From NCBI GenBank assembly GCA_963668355.1, contig OY764265.1, positions 1 through 64,000 of the forward strand: a stretch of DNA of 64,000 nucleotides. Reading direction: 5' to 3'. The notes beneath the pieces were generated by a model that worked only from the letters and a program-made list of their open reading frames with translations, searched no databases and was not told the origin of the DNA. Shown here piece after piece: positions 1 to 10,108 of the stretch (the first letter of the stretch is position 1; the number at the start of each line of letters is the position of its first letter). The DNA is from Bdellovibrionota bacterium (lineage in GTDB: Bacteria; Bdellovibrionota_G; JALEGL01; DATDPG01). The translations under genes and the position numbers were made by a program.

Positions 1-1116
1 GGCAACATAAGCTTGTCCGGGCTCCCACAATCCAGCCAAATCCACCAACGTATGATCCAACGTAGCCCCTTGAGCTTTGTGAATTGTGGAGGCCCAAGCC
101 AATGTCAGGGGAAAGTTTTCGGCCGTAGCCACTTCTCTTCCGGAGCCATCCAACAAGGCGAACACATGTTTTTCCATAATGAACACTTCCCCCTCGACAT
201 TGACCGCAATTCCCTCTTCATCCATGGCCTCCACATGCCCCACGGTTCCGTTGACAAAACGAAGCATGGGGTCGTTCACGCGAATCATGACCAGTGCACC
301 GATTTTCAATTTCAAAACCTCCGGCACAGGCGAATCTCTTCGAATTCTTTCTTGATAAAGCTCCTTCCCCGCGTACTTCGTAACAAACGAAACGGTTTTT
401 CCGGACAAGGCTTCCAATCGGACTTCGTTATACCTCTCCGTAGGATTTCTTCGAGGAAAGAGGCGGGTCGCATCTGAAGGCGTGGTTGCTTCACAACGGG
501 CGTCTAGAAAGGCTTCCACATCATCGTCCACGACACCCTTGCGAATTTTGTTCAAAACTGAACCGTAACCGGAATCCTTCACCCGAATGGGTGTTTCCAA
601 AACCAGAGGATGAAATTTTGACTCAGACCATACCGGATGGAGAAAGGCCCAAGCATTTTTTCGATTCTCAGAAACCGGCGGAAGTTGGGCAAAGTCTCCA
701 ACAGCGATCATGCGCAAACCTCCCCAGGGAATCATGTTCTCTCTCACCTCTCGGGAGAGAGCTTCCGCAACGGCAAGCGTTTCGCCCGACAACATGGATA
801 CCTCGTCAATCACAATCGTTTCTGCTTTTTTAATGCGGGAACGAACGCGCCCGTCTTTAAAAGCTTTTTTCAAAATTTCGGAGAACGACCCATTCATTCG
901 GCCCAACCCAAAAAAACTGTGAAAGGTCCTCCCCCCGATCAAAACCGCTGCGGCCCCGGTACTAGCTAAAATGGGATACTTTCTTCGATGAAATTTTCGC
1001 TTGAGAAAATGGGAAATTAGATAGCTTTTCCCCGTCCCCGCAAACCCCGTTAGAAAGACGTTTCCTTCTCCATTAAGGACCTCCAGCGCATTTTCCTGAC
1101 ATTTGGTGAGTTTCAC
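1..1116 (-). CDS. Pif1-family (SF1B) DNA helicase, 3' end runs off the window
   Basis: Manual translation of the minus strand (not in ORF track): GTG start at 1116, Walker A VFLTGFAGTGKS, ASTGAAAVLIGGRTFHSFFG, IVIDEVSM, GGLRMIAVGDFAQLPPV, FPLTLAWASTIHKAQGATLD, PGQAYVA; upstream in-frame stop at 1156-1158. Confidence 0.92.
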   Translation of the reverse strand, partial: MKLTKCQENALEVLNGEGNVFLTGFAGTGKSYLISHFLKRKFHRRKYPILASTGAAAVLIGGRTFHSFFGLGRMNGSFSEILKKAFKDGRVRSRIKKAETIVIDEVSMLSGETLAVAEALSREVRENMIPWGGLRMIAVGDFAQLPPVSENRKNAWAFLHPVWSESKFHPLVLETPIRVKDSGYGSVLNKIRKGVVDDDVEAFLDARCEATTPSDATRLFPRRNPTERYNEVRLEALSGKTVSFVTKYAGKELYQERIRRDSPVPEVLKLKIGALVMIRVNDPMLRFVNGTVGHVEAMDEEGIAVNVEGEVFIMEKHVFALLDGSGREVATAENFPLTLAWASTIHKAQGATLDHTLVDLAGLWEPGQAYVA

Positions 1117-1232
1117 GTTCAAACCATTTTCCCGAAATTCAGAATAACGTCTACCCTAACCGAAGCCGATTGACCAAACCTATCAAAAGTGAACGTTTCA
1201 CTTTTGATAGGGATCGTGGGAAAATGCCTTCC

Positions 1233-2102
1233 ATGAAAAGTCTTCTCATTACAACCCTTCTGGCCCTATTCATTCTCTTTATGCAGGCTTGCGGGCCCAA
1301 ACCAGATCCGGCCAAGGGGAACGTCATCGCCAAAGTCGGAAGTCAAAAAATCTACGCCAAAGACTTGGAAAACAAATTGATGAGCACCTCCCCTCCCCAC
1401 GATGTGAAAGACAAAGAAAAGGCCCGGAAAGAGCAAAAAAAAATGGCCTTGGACAGTTTAATCAATGAAGCCGTGGTTTTTCAGGCCGCAATGGACCATG
1501 GCATTCTTGATCGATCGCCTCGACTGAGAAGAGAAATTGCACTGGAATACGTAAGGCATGAACTCAAGGCCAAAAAGAAGATGCCCACAGATGAAGAACT
1601 CGAAGCCTTTTTCGAAGAGAAAAAGGACGATCTGGAAAAGATCCGGGTCAGTCACATTCTCATTGCCCCATCAGAAAATGTGAGTCTGGAGGAGGCGCGA
1701 AAAACCGCCGAAAAAGTCCTGAGCGAACTCAAAACCGATCCTAAAGCTTCCAAATTTGCAGAACTCGCCCAAAAATATTCCTCGGACAACAAGTCAAAAA
1801 GTCGAGGGGGAGATCTCTTCTTGATCAAACGAAGTCAAAAAGACCCTGCGTTCTCAGAAGCTGCTTTTGCGTTAAAAAACATTGGAGACATCAGTGACAT
1901 CGTGCAGACCAAGGACGGCTTTCACATCATCAAACTCACCGGAGAACAACGAGGGTTCAAATCTTTCAAGAACTCCTTGAAATGGGAGTATGCCAAAATA
2001 AAGGAAAGGGAAGCGAAAGATCAATTCTTTCGAGATCTTCGTGATCAAACTTCCGTCAAAGTCTACGAAAATGCCTTCAACCGCGTTTCCGCGAAAAACT
2101 AG
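1233..2102 (+). CDS. PpiC/parvulin-type peptidyl-prolyl isomerase lipoprotein (PrsA/SurA-like foldase)
   Basis: Lipoprotein signal MKSLLITTLLALFILFMQAC; parvulin motifs VSHILI, FAELAQKYSSD, GGDL, FSEAAFAL, GFHIIKL. Start could also be 1224. Confidence 0.9.
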   Translation: MKSLLITTLLALFILFMQACGPKPDPAKGNVIAKVGSQKIYAKDLENKLMSTSPPHDVKDKEKARKEQKKMALDSLINEAVVFQAAMDHGILDRSPRLRREIALEYVRHELKAKKKMPTDEELEAFFEEKKDDLEKIRVSHILIAPSENVSLEEARKTAEKVLSELKTDPKASKFAELAQKYSSDNKSKSRGGDLFLIKRSQKDPAFSEAAFALKNIGDISDIVQTKDGFHIIKLTGEQRGFKSFKNSLKWEYAKIKEREAKDQFFRDLRDQTSVKVYENAFNRVSAKN

Positions 2103-2215
2103 CCCGGCCCTCAAATAGGGGGGCTTGGCTTGACCCAAGACAAAATATGATCTAAATCAGCCTGCCGGCGCTGAGCAGTAAGATTGCTTTTTTAAGAAAA
2201 ATAAGGACTTAGACT

Positions 2216-4861
2216 GTGTCAAATGAGAAACAAATTGAGCTAAAAGAGTGGATTCAATCCCTGGAGGCCGTCATAGACCAAGGCGACCCCGAACGCGTCC
2301 AAAACATCTTGGATCAAATGCAACGGAGAGCCGCACGTGAGGGAATCTTCCCTTGTTATGCTGCCAATACCCCCTATCTCAATACCATCTCAAAAGAGCA
2401 GCAACCCACCTACCCTGGAAATCGAGAGATCGAAAGACGGATCAAAAGTCTCATCCGTTGGAACGCGATGGCCATGGTCGTTCGAGCGAATCGAGAGTCC
2501 GGAGGCATCGGAGGTCATATTTCCTCTTACGCTTCAGCCGCAACCCTTTACGAAGTTGCTTTCAATCACATCCTAAGAGGCAAGGATCATCCCGAAGGAG
2601 GAGATCAAGTTTATATTCAGGGTCATGCTTCTCCTGGCATTTACGCTCGCGCTTTCCTCGAAGGACGAATCTCAAAAGAGCAAGTTCGAAATTTTCGTCA
2701 AGAACTGCGAAAAGATAAAGGACTCTCCTCGTACCCCCACCCCTATTTGATGCCTGAGTTTTGGGAATTTCCCACTGTGTCCATGGGACTTTCCCCAATC
2801 ATGGCCATTTATCAAGCCCGCTTCAACCGATACTTAGAAGATCGAGGATTGAAAGATCAAACGGGACGGGTGTTTGCTTTTTTGGGCGACGGAGAAACCG
2901 ATGAGCCTGAAACTCTTGGGGCCATCAGCCTCGCAGCCAGAGAACAACTCGACAATCTAACGTTTATCGTAAATTGCAACCTTCAACGACTGGACGGCCC
3001 CGTTCGTGGAAACGGAAAAATCATTCAAGAATTGGAACGAAACTTTAGGGGAGCCGGTTGGAACGTTTTGAAAGTGATCTGGGGGGATAGTTGGGATTCT
3101 CTGTTGGAAAAAGACGAAGACGGCCTTCTGGCCACGCGCATGGAAGAAGCGGTAGACGGAGACTATCAAAAGTACGTGGTGAGTGATGGGGCCTACATTC
3201 GAGAGCACTTTTTTGGAACAGACCCACGCTTGAAAGAACTCGTAAAAGATCTTTCGGATGAAGAACTGCAGAAACTTCGCCGTGGCGGCCATGATCCTGA
3301 AAAAGTATACGCAGCCTTCAAAGCCGCTGAAGACCGTAAAGGAGCTCCCACTGTCATCTTAATGAAAACCATTAAAGGATATGGCCTGGGAGAAGCTGGA
3401 GAAGGAAAAAACATTACGCATCAACAGAAAAAGCTCAATGAAGAAGAACTCCGACACTTTCGAACCCGCTTCAACATTCCTTTGGATGACGAGTCTGTGG
3501 GGTGTGCTCCGCTCTACATTCCCGGAGATGACAGTGAAGAAATTCAGTACCTAAAAGCTCGACGTGAAAAGTTGGGTGGATTTTTGCCAGAGAGAAGGGT
3601 CAACGCTGAAAAAATCGAAATGCCGGACCGAACCCTTTTTGAAGAATTTTACGGTGGTTCGGATGGAAAACCGGTTTCGACCACCATGGCCTTCGTTCGG
3701 CTCTTGGCCAAGCTCCTGCGAGATAAAAACGTCGGGCAAAGCGTGGTTCCCATCATTCCAGATGAAGCTCGAACCTTTGGTATGGAAGCGTTGTTCCGAC
3801 AGGTGGGCATTTACTCCCATGTCGGTCAGAAGTATGAACCCGTCGATAAAGAGACGCTCCTCTATTATAAAGAAGCCACCAATGGCCAGATTCTGGAAGA
3901 AGGAATTACCGAAGCCGGCGGCATGTCCTCTTTCCTAGCCGCAGCAACCGCTTATGCTTCCCATGGAAAGATGATGTTACCGTTTTTCGCCTTTTACTCC
4001 ATGTTCGGTTTTCAACGAGTGAGCGACTTAATTTGGGCCGGAGGAGATATGCGGGCGCGGGGCTTTTTAATGGGGGCCACAGCCGGAAGAACCACCTTGG
4101 CGGGAGAAGGGCTCCAACATCAAGATGGACACAGCCTGTTATTGGCCCATCCCCACCCACATGTTCGTGCGTATGACCCTGCTTTCGCTTATGAAATTGC
4201 TGTTTTGATCGAAGAAGGCATGCAGCGCATGTTCGTCGATCAAGAAGATGCGATCTACTACTTGACGATCGGAAATGAACCCTACCCCATGTTGGCCATG
4301 CCCGAAGGTAGTCGAGAGGGGATCATCAAGGGAATGCATTGCATTCACCAAGCCTCCGAACAAAAAAAGGCCCATGTTCAACTTCTCGGAAGTGGGGCCA
4401 TTCTCCATGAGTCCATTCGGGCTCAGGAACTCCTTCAGGAGTTTGATGTATCTTCCGACGTCTGGAGCGTGACAAGTTACAACGAACTCTTCCGAGAGGC
4501 AGAAGACGTGGATCGATGGAATCGTCTTCACCGCTTTGAAGCGCAAAAAACCTCTCATTTGCAAAAATGCATTGAAGAAAAGGCTGACGCCATTGTTGCA
4601 GCCAGTGACTACGTCCAAGCCTTGCCATCTACTTTGGCCCGTTGGATGCCGCCCTCCTTTGTCGTTCTCGGAACCGATGGATTCGGACGTTCGGATGGTC
4701 GAAAAGCCTTACGGAACTTTTTCGAGGTCAGCGCAGAACACATTGCTTTCGGCGCTTTGAGCGAATTAGCCAGACAGGAAAAGATTTCAAAAGACGTTTT
4801 TCTCCAGGCTCAGAAAAAGTGGGACATTGATACCGAACGCGCTTCGGCAATTCGGAGTTAA
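2216..4861 (+). CDS. aceE: Pyruvate dehydrogenase E1 component, homodimeric type
   Basis: 881 aa; GGHISSYASAA, QGHASPGIYARAFLEGR, TPP motif GDGETDEPE...NCNLQRLDGPVRGNGK, LGTDGFGRSD. Confidence 0.97.
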   Translation: MSNEKQIELKEWIQSLEAVIDQGDPERVQNILDQMQRRAAREGIFPCYAANTPYLNTISKEQQPTYPGNREIERRIKSLIRWNAMAMVVRANRESGGIGGHISSYASAATLYEVAFNHILRGKDHPEGGDQVYIQGHASPGIYARAFLEGRISKEQVRNFRQELRKDKGLSSYPHPYLMPEFWEFPTVSMGLSPIMAIYQARFNRYLEDRGLKDQTGRVFAFLGDGETDEPETLGAISLAAREQLDNLTFIVNCNLQRLDGPVRGNGKIIQELERNFRGAGWNVLKVIWGDSWDSLLEKDEDGLLATRMEEAVDGDYQKYVVSDGAYIREHFFGTDPRLKELVKDLSDEELQKLRRGGHDPEKVYAAFKAAEDRKGAPTVILMKTIKGYGLGEAGEGKNITHQQKKLNEEELRHFRTRFNIPLDDESVGCAPLYIPGDDSEEIQYLKARREKLGGFLPERRVNAEKIEMPDRTLFEEFYGGSDGKPVSTTMAFVRLLAKLLRDKNVGQSVVPIIPDEARTFGMEALFRQVGIYSHVGQKYEPVDKETLLYYKEATNGQILEEGITEAGGMSSFLAAATAYASHGKMMLPFFAFYSMFGFQRVSDLIWAGGDMRARGFLMGATAGRTTLAGEGLQHQDGHSLLLAHPHPHVRAYDPAFAYEIAVLIEEGMQRMFVDQEDAIYYLTIGNEPYPMLAMPEGSREGIIKGMHCIHQASEQKKAHVQLLGSGAILHESIRAQELLQEFDVSSDVWSVTSYNELFREAEDVDRWNRLHRFEAQKTSHLQKCIEEKADAIVAASDYVQALPSTLARWMPPSFVVLGTDGFGRSDGRKALRNFFEVSAEHIAFGALSELARQEKISKDVFLQAQKKWDIDTERASAIRS

Positions 4862-4881
4862 CTTGCTATAATGGATCCGCC

Positions 4882-5808
4882 ATGAAATGGGCGAATCCAT
4901 TTGATCGAGTTCGAGCGTTTCGTTTTTTAGACACCTCGATGCTGTCTAAAAGAAAGAGAGCTCTGGTGACCCTCCTCCGCTGGATCAATCACATCTCAAA
5001 AGAGCTGTCCAAAGATCGCTGTCCTGAAAAAGCGGCTTCCCTGGCCTTTACGACGGTCCTAACCTTGATTCCCGTATGCGCTCTTTTTGTTTCGTACTTC
5101 AAGTGGATCGGAAAACTCGATGTGGTGAGCGAAGCTCTACAAGCTTGGATTGTCAAAATTCTTGTGGTGGGTGCGGCTCAGAATGTCACGGTTTACATTG
5201 ATGACCTGGTTCAACAACTAAATCCTAGCAAATTGGGAATTTATGGGTTGGCGGGTTTTGTTTTCAGTGCCTATATGTTGATTCGTGCGATCGAGCGCGC
5301 CGTAAATGATATCTGGAAAATATCCTCCCATCGCTCTTTTTTACAACGGTCTAGACTACTACTCATGGGACTCATTGCCGCTCCATTATTCATGTTTTTC
5401 TCCATGTATTTTTGGGGGATGGTCCAAAACATCAAACTGTTGGGAAATTATGAGCATGTTTCGTTTCTCAAATCCATGCTCCACCTTGTGGGTCCGTATT
5501 TTCTGTCTTTTCCCGCTTTTCTTATTCTCCTAAAACTGTTGCCCAACACAAAAGTAAAATGGAAATACGCTTTTACAGGAACACTGGTCACATCCATTTT
5601 ATTCGAAGGAGCCAAACATGTGTTTGGATGGTATGTGACCGAAATTCTTCCGGTGAGTAAGCTCTACGGGTCCTTGGGACTCTTTCCCATTTTTCTCATT
5701 TGGCTGTTTGTAAGCTGGCTCGTGTTCCTGATCGGAGTCGACATCACTTACACAAGCCAAAATCTCAAAAGACTCCACTTGAGAGAACTTGAACGGTGGT
5801 CTGACTAA
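4882..5808 (+). CDS. YihY/virulence factor BrkB family membrane protein
   Basis: AASLAFTTVLTLIP, IERAVNDIW, LPNTKVKW, LYGSLGLFPIFLIWL; multiple TM helices. Extended -10 TGCTATAAT at 4864-4872. Confidence 0.9.
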   Translation: MKWANPFDRVRAFRFLDTSMLSKRKRALVTLLRWINHISKELSKDRCPEKAASLAFTTVLTLIPVCALFVSYFKWIGKLDVVSEALQAWIVKILVVGAAQNVTVYIDDLVQQLNPSKLGIYGLAGFVFSAYMLIRAIERAVNDIWKISSHRSFLQRSRLLLMGLIAAPLFMFFSMYFWGMVQNIKLLGNYEHVSFLKSMLHLVGPYFLSFPAFLILLKLLPNTKVKWKYAFTGTLVTSILFEGAKHVFGWYVTEILPVSKLYGSLGLFPIFLIWLFVSWLVFLIGVDITYTSQNLKRLHLRELERWSD

Positions 5809-5823
5809 TTTTCTTCTAAACGT

Positions 5824-6945
5824 CTACGAAGAAACAATCTTCTGACGCTTTTCTTCCAGGTTCTCCAAAAGTGCATCAAAAGGCTTGATGAATTTATCCA
5901 CGCCCTCGACCACAAGCTCTTCCGTCACAGCCTTCATGTCGATGTCCAGTTCTTTGAGTTGGTTCATCGAATCCTGACTTTCCTTCAAACCTTTCTCAAC
6001 GGCGTTCGCAGCCTCACCGTGATCCCGGAAGGCATCCACAGTCTCATCCGGCATGGTGTTGACCGTTTCGGGACCAATCAGAGGCTCAACATACAAGACA
6101 TCTTTATAGCTTGGATCCTTCGTCGAAGTACTTGCCCAGAGAGGCCGCTGAACGCGGGCTCCTGCAGATTCCAGCTTATTCCAACGTTCCCCAGAAAATT
6201 TGGATTTCCAGAGTTGATAGGCCAATTTGGCATTGGCAATGGCAATCTTTCCCCGAAGACTTTGTGCCAATTCTTTCTTTTCTTCATTCTGCGCAATTTC
6301 ATCCAATTTTTTATCGATGTTTACATCAATCCGACTAATGAAGAAGCTTGCAACAGAGGCAATTCGTTCCAACGGCTTTCCCTCTTTCAATCTTAATTCC
6401 ATGGCTTTTAAGTATGCATCCATGACCTTTCCATAGGCTGACAAGGAAAAGAGCAGCGTCACGTTGACATTGATGCCTTGAACCAACGCGTCTTTAATCG
6501 CTGGAATTCCCTCTGGGGTCCCTGGAATTTTAATCATCAGATTGGGACGATTAACCCAATTCCACAGACGCTTAGCTTCCTGGAGAGTGCCTTTGGTGTC
6601 ATTGGCCAAATGGGGGGAAACTTCCAAGCTGACATAACCATCTTTGCCTTGAGTCGCAGCATATACTGGCCGAAGAACATCTGCCGCATCTTGAATGTCT
6701 TTGATGGCCAAAGCTTCATAAATTTGTTCGGAAGACTTTCCACCTTCAGCCAATGTCTTGATTTGATCATCGTAGGCATCGCCTTCCGTCATGGCCTTAT
6801 TGAAGATGGCTGGATTGGAGGTAATTCCACAAACCCCGTCTTCATCAATCAATTTTTTTAAAGCTCCCGTGGACAATAATGGACGAGAGAGATTATCCAA
6901 CCAAACACTTTGTCCCAATTCCTTAATGTTTAACAAACGACTCAT
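5824..6945 (-). CDS. tal: Transaldolase
   Basis: GQSVWLDNLSR, GITSNPAIF, VSLEVSP, Schiff-base NLMIKIP, NVTLLFS, QRPLWASTSTK. Confidence 0.96.
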   Translation of the reverse strand: MSRLLNIKELGQSVWLDNLSRPLLSTGALKKLIDEDGVCGITSNPAIFNKAMTEGDAYDDQIKTLAEGGKSSEQIYEALAIKDIQDAADVLRPVYAATQGKDGYVSLEVSPHLANDTKGTLQEAKRLWNWVNRPNLMIKIPGTPEGIPAIKDALVQGINVNVTLLFSLSAYGKVMDAYLKAMELRLKEGKPLERIASVASFFISRIDVNIDKKLDEIAQNEEKKELAQSLRGKIAIANAKLAYQLWKSKFSGERWNKLESAGARVQRPLWASTSTKDPSYKDVLYVEPLIGPETVNTMPDETVDAFRDHGEAANAVEKGLKESQDSMNQLKELDIDMKAVTEELVVEGVDKFIKPFDALLENLEEKRQKIVSS

Positions 6946-6957
6946 AACATTTCCTTT

Positions 6958-7818
6958 CTACTCATATCCGATTTCTTCGTTCAAGGTCTTCAGTGCTTCT
7001 GTGGCTGCCTTGGCAAAGTGATTTTGAGGACTCTTTTCATAGGCATAACTGATCCCCGAAGAACTATTGATTCGATGAATCCCCAAGGACGCCTCATCCT
7101 CTTTTAGAATTTTTACAACTTCCTTTGCACTCCCTCCCTGGCTTCCCACACCCGGAATCAAATAGGGGGTCATGGATTTGGAGGAAACAAATAACCGATG
7201 AAGCCGACTCAATTCATTCGGGGCGGTCGCTCCGATAACGGCTCCTACGGTTCCTGGGCAAGATTCTCCCCAAGCGGCGATTTTTTCCGCGACCACTTGA
7301 TACAAGGGAGTTTCATTCCATTTCAGCTCCTGAAAATCCTTTGCGCCCTCATTGGAAGTTCGAGCCAACACATACACCGCTTTTCCCAAACGTTTGGCCA
7401 TGTCCACAAAGGGCTTAACCGAATCCGTCCCCATATAGGGCGATACGGTTACTGCATCTGCTTCCCAAGCTTCAAAAGCCTCTTTCGCATAGGCCTCGGA
7501 GGTTTTTCCAATATCTCCTCTTTTGGCATCTAAAATGATGGGAAGATGAGCCGATTTGGACATCTCGCAAACATCCCCCAAAGCCCTTAACCCTTCGAAT
7601 CCATACTGGGCATAAAACGCGAAATTTGGTTTCACGCATGAGGGCCACACGTCACTCCGATCAAATTCGTCAAAAATTTGTTTAAAAAAGGATGAAATCG
7701 TTTCCGAAATTCGACTCTCTTGAACCGGAATTCGTTCCAACACGGGATCCAAACCAAAACAAACCAGACTCTTTTTTTCCCGAGCGGTTTTCTTCAAGTT
7801 GTCTGTGTAGGAGTTCAT
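6958..7818 (-). CDS. pyrF: Orotidine-5'-phosphate decarboxylase (type 2)
   Basis: [42 protein letters not shown]. Confidence 0.95.
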   Translation of the reverse strand: MNSYTDNLKKTAREKKSLVCFGLDPVLERIPVQESRISETISSFFKQIFDEFDRSDVWPSCVKPNFAFYAQYGFEGLRALGDVCEMSKSAHLPIILDAKRGDIGKTSEAYAKEAFEAWEADAVTVSPYMGTDSVKPFVDMAKRLGKAVYVLARTSNEGAKDFQELKWNETPLYQVVAEKIAAWGESCPGTVGAVIGATAPNELSRLHRLFVSSKSMTPYLIPGVGSQGGSAKEVVKILKEDEASLGIHRINSSSGISYAYEKSPQNHFAKAATEALKTLNEEIGYE

Positions 7819-8435
7819 GCGTCCGGTCTCCAGGAAGTCGGATCCTTGAAGTACTGGGTTACGGATTCCGCCATCGCGCGCGTGATTCGTTTGGACTCCT
7901 TAAGATCTTGAATAAGTTCTGTAACCCGGCAGACCGAATGAAGCGCAATTCCTCTTTGTTTCAGAAGGTCAGCCCCTCCCTGCTCTCGATCCACCAAAAC
8001 CACAACATCCTTCACCTGGAGTCCTGCTTGTTCCAGCGGAGCCATGGCTTCAAATTTGCTCGCCCCATCCGTAATCAAATCATCCACAACCAGGATCGTT
8101 TCTCCTTCTTCATACTCCCCTTCAATGGGTGCCTTGGTTCCGTACTTCTTCACCTCTTTGCGTGGGTAGATCATGGGCCAATCGGTTTCCAAACTCAACG
8201 CCGTGGCAATGGCAATCGCGGCATAGGGAATCCCCGCGATGCGATCAAAGGTAAGACCCGAAACTTCTTGAACCAACGCTCGTGCCACCAAACGAAGCAC
8301 CGAAGGATGGGAAACCAAACACCGTAAATCTATATATATCGGGCTCTGCAAGCCCGACTTCAGTGTAAACGTCCCCAATTTAATCGCCCCAACATCAAAC
8401 AGAGCGGTGGCGAGATCGGATGTTTTTTGACTCAT
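7815..8435 (-). CDS. pyrE: Orotate phosphoribosyltransferase
   Basis: [29 protein letters not shown] motif [23 protein letters not shown] overlap with pyrF. Confidence 0.95.
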   Translation of the reverse strand: MSQKTSDLATALFDVGAIKLGTFTLKSGLQSPIYIDLRCLVSHPSVLRLVARALVQEVSGLTFDRIAGIPYAAIAIATALSLETDWPMIYPRKEVKKYGTKAPIEGEYEEGETILVVDDLITDGASKFEAMAPLEQAGLQVKDVVVLVDREQGGADLLKQRGIALHSVCRVTELIQDLKESKRITRAMAESVTQYFKDPTSWRPDA

Positions 8436-8497
8436 AGGCTGGCTGTTTACGCGTTTTAAGTCGGTTTGAAAAGCGTTCAAATCAAGGACTAGGGCCT

Positions 8498-9502
8498 TTA
8501 CCCCGACCGCTTATTCATCAACTCGCCCTGACAACTGGAACCCGCGCCCGCCGTGCATCCAAAACAGTGAGAGTCCGTGGCCACACCTAAATTTTCTAAC
8601 TCAGAAAGGGTTCCCACGTCGCTCAAAGCGATCTCCTTTCCTGAATTCGATCGCAGGGGAAGATTCAACATTTGATTAAAATCGCAGTCAAAGAGCCTTC
8701 CCCTCCAATCGACACTCACCAAACTTCGACACATCAGCCCATCTAAAGTCCCCGGATTGAAATTCTGAACCAAAAGATCAAGATATTCCTGCATCTTTCC
8801 TTGACGACGAAGATCTTCGGCAAACCGTCCAATGGGCATATTGGTAATCGTGAATAAATGATTAAAAACAATCCCAAACCTCTCGCGTAGCTCGTCCCTG
8901 TAGGTTTGCTCAAGGGCTTCTTGCGGGGAAGGCAGTGCGGCCTTCACAGGGTTATAGACCAAGTTTAGAATCAAATTCGATCCCGTTTTCCCATATCCGT
9001 GGGCATTCAACTTTCTTAGGGCTTCGATGCTTTGATCAAACACTCCCCCTCCTCTTTGCTGATCGACATTTTCTTTTTCATAACAAGGTAAGGAGCAAAG
9101 CAACTCCACCCCATGATCTGCATAAAAGGAAATGAGGTCCTCCTGTCCATTGACAAACACCACTGTGAGATTGCACCTCACTAAAACCCTTTTGTTCAAT
9201 CTGTGTGCCCCTCCGACCAATGTTCGAAAAAACGGATTCAATTCTGGGGCCCCACCCGTAATGTCAACCGCGAGAACGGAAGGAGAATTTTTAAGAAGAG
9301 CGAGAATTTGATCCACACAATGGGAAGGCATCATTTCGGTTCGCTTGGGCCCTGCTTCAACATGGCAATGGAGACAGGCTTGATTGCAACGCTTTCCCAT
9401 ATTCACTTGGAGCGTTCCGATGAGACCCTTTCTCAACTCCATCCTTCCCAAACTCTGTAAGTGCTGGGGAAAACGGGAAAGGGGGGTTGATTTCATATTC
9501 AT
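8498..9502 (-). CDS. arsS: Radical SAM / Cys-rich DUF3641 protein (ArsS family)
   Basis: CNQACLHC cluster motif, [26 protein letters not shown]-terminal [15 protein letters not shown]. Family call firm, arsenosugar function not demonstrated. Confidence 0.85.
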   Translation of the reverse strand: MNMKSTPLSRFPQHLQSLGRMELRKGLIGTLQVNMGKRCNQACLHCHVEAGPKRTEMMPSHCVDQILALLKNSPSVLAVDITGGAPELNPFFRTLVGGAHRLNKRVLVRCNLTVVFVNGQEDLISFYADHGVELLCSLPCYEKENVDQQRGGGVFDQSIEALRKLNAHGYGKTGSNLILNLVYNPVKAALPSPQEALEQTYRDELRERFGIVFNHLFTITNMPIGRFAEDLRRQGKMQEYLDLLVQNFNPGTLDGLMCRSLVSVDWRGRLFDCDFNQMLNLPLRSNSGKEIALSDVGTLSELENLGVATDSHCFGCTAGAGSSCQGELMNKRSG

Positions 9503-9607
9503 ATTGTCCTTTTCAAAAACTCAAATGATTTCAGGTGACTAGGCGCTTCACTCGAAAGAGCCCCTTTTCTCAAAAACCTGTCCGAGGGTCTTGAAAAAGA
9601 CCTACAA

Positions 9608-9656
9608 AATGGTACTTTTGCGGTCTTGTTTAAATTGTACCTATTTGGTACTGTAT
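9608..9656 (+). promoter_or_regulatory. Tandem imperfect palindromes, candidate Rrf2 operator of the suf operon
   Basis: GTACC-N5-GGTAC at 9637-9651 and a degenerate copy GTACT-N5-GGTCT starting 9612, 25 bp apart, directly before the Rrf2 start. Confidence 0.55.
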
Positions 9657-9667
9657 TAAAAGGTTTT

Positions 9668-10108
9668 ATGATTCGGCTAAGCAAATTAACAGATTACGGA
9701 ATCATCATCTTGAGAAATCTAGCGACTGATTCTGAGGGAGAGCGGAAGAGTGCCAGGGATATTGCGCATGAAACCCAACTACCCGTTCCAACCGTTTCCA
9801 AGCTAATGAAGATTCTCACAAAGAAGGGATTTCTTGAATCTCACCGAGGCGTACGTGGAGGGTATGCTCTGGCCAAACCCTCCAAAGAAATTTCCCTCGC
9901 TGAGATCATTGAAGCTCTGGAGGGTCCCCTAGCCATCACGGACTGTCACACGGAAGACAGCCAATGCATCCAAAAAAGCATTTGCCCTCTCCGTGGACAT
10001 TGGAAACTCATCAATGATGCCATTAACGGAGCTTTGGAAGGAATCAACTTAAACAAGATGGCCAAAACAACCGATCAGGACCTTCCCACGAATCAGGTGC
10101 AACCATGA
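9668..10108 (+). CDS. Rrf2-family SUF system Fe-S assembly regulator
   Basis: [31 protein letters not shown], three Cys (TDC...QC...IC); first gene of the suf operon. Confidence 0.92.
   Translation: MIRLSKLTDYGIIILRNLATDSEGERKSARDIAHETQLPVPTVSKLMKILTKKGFLESHRGVRGGYALAKPSKEISLAEIIEALEGPLAITDCHTEDSQCIQKSICPLRGHWKLINDAINGALEGINLNKMAKTTDQDLPTNQVQP

Noticed and set aside
13..969. Plus-strand ORFs at 13-477, 486-833 and 637-969
   Set aside because: Antisense shadows of the Pif1 helicase.
8520..8545. Possible selenocysteine in the ArsS C-terminal motif
   Set aside because: The codon is TGT (Cys); no in-frame TGA.
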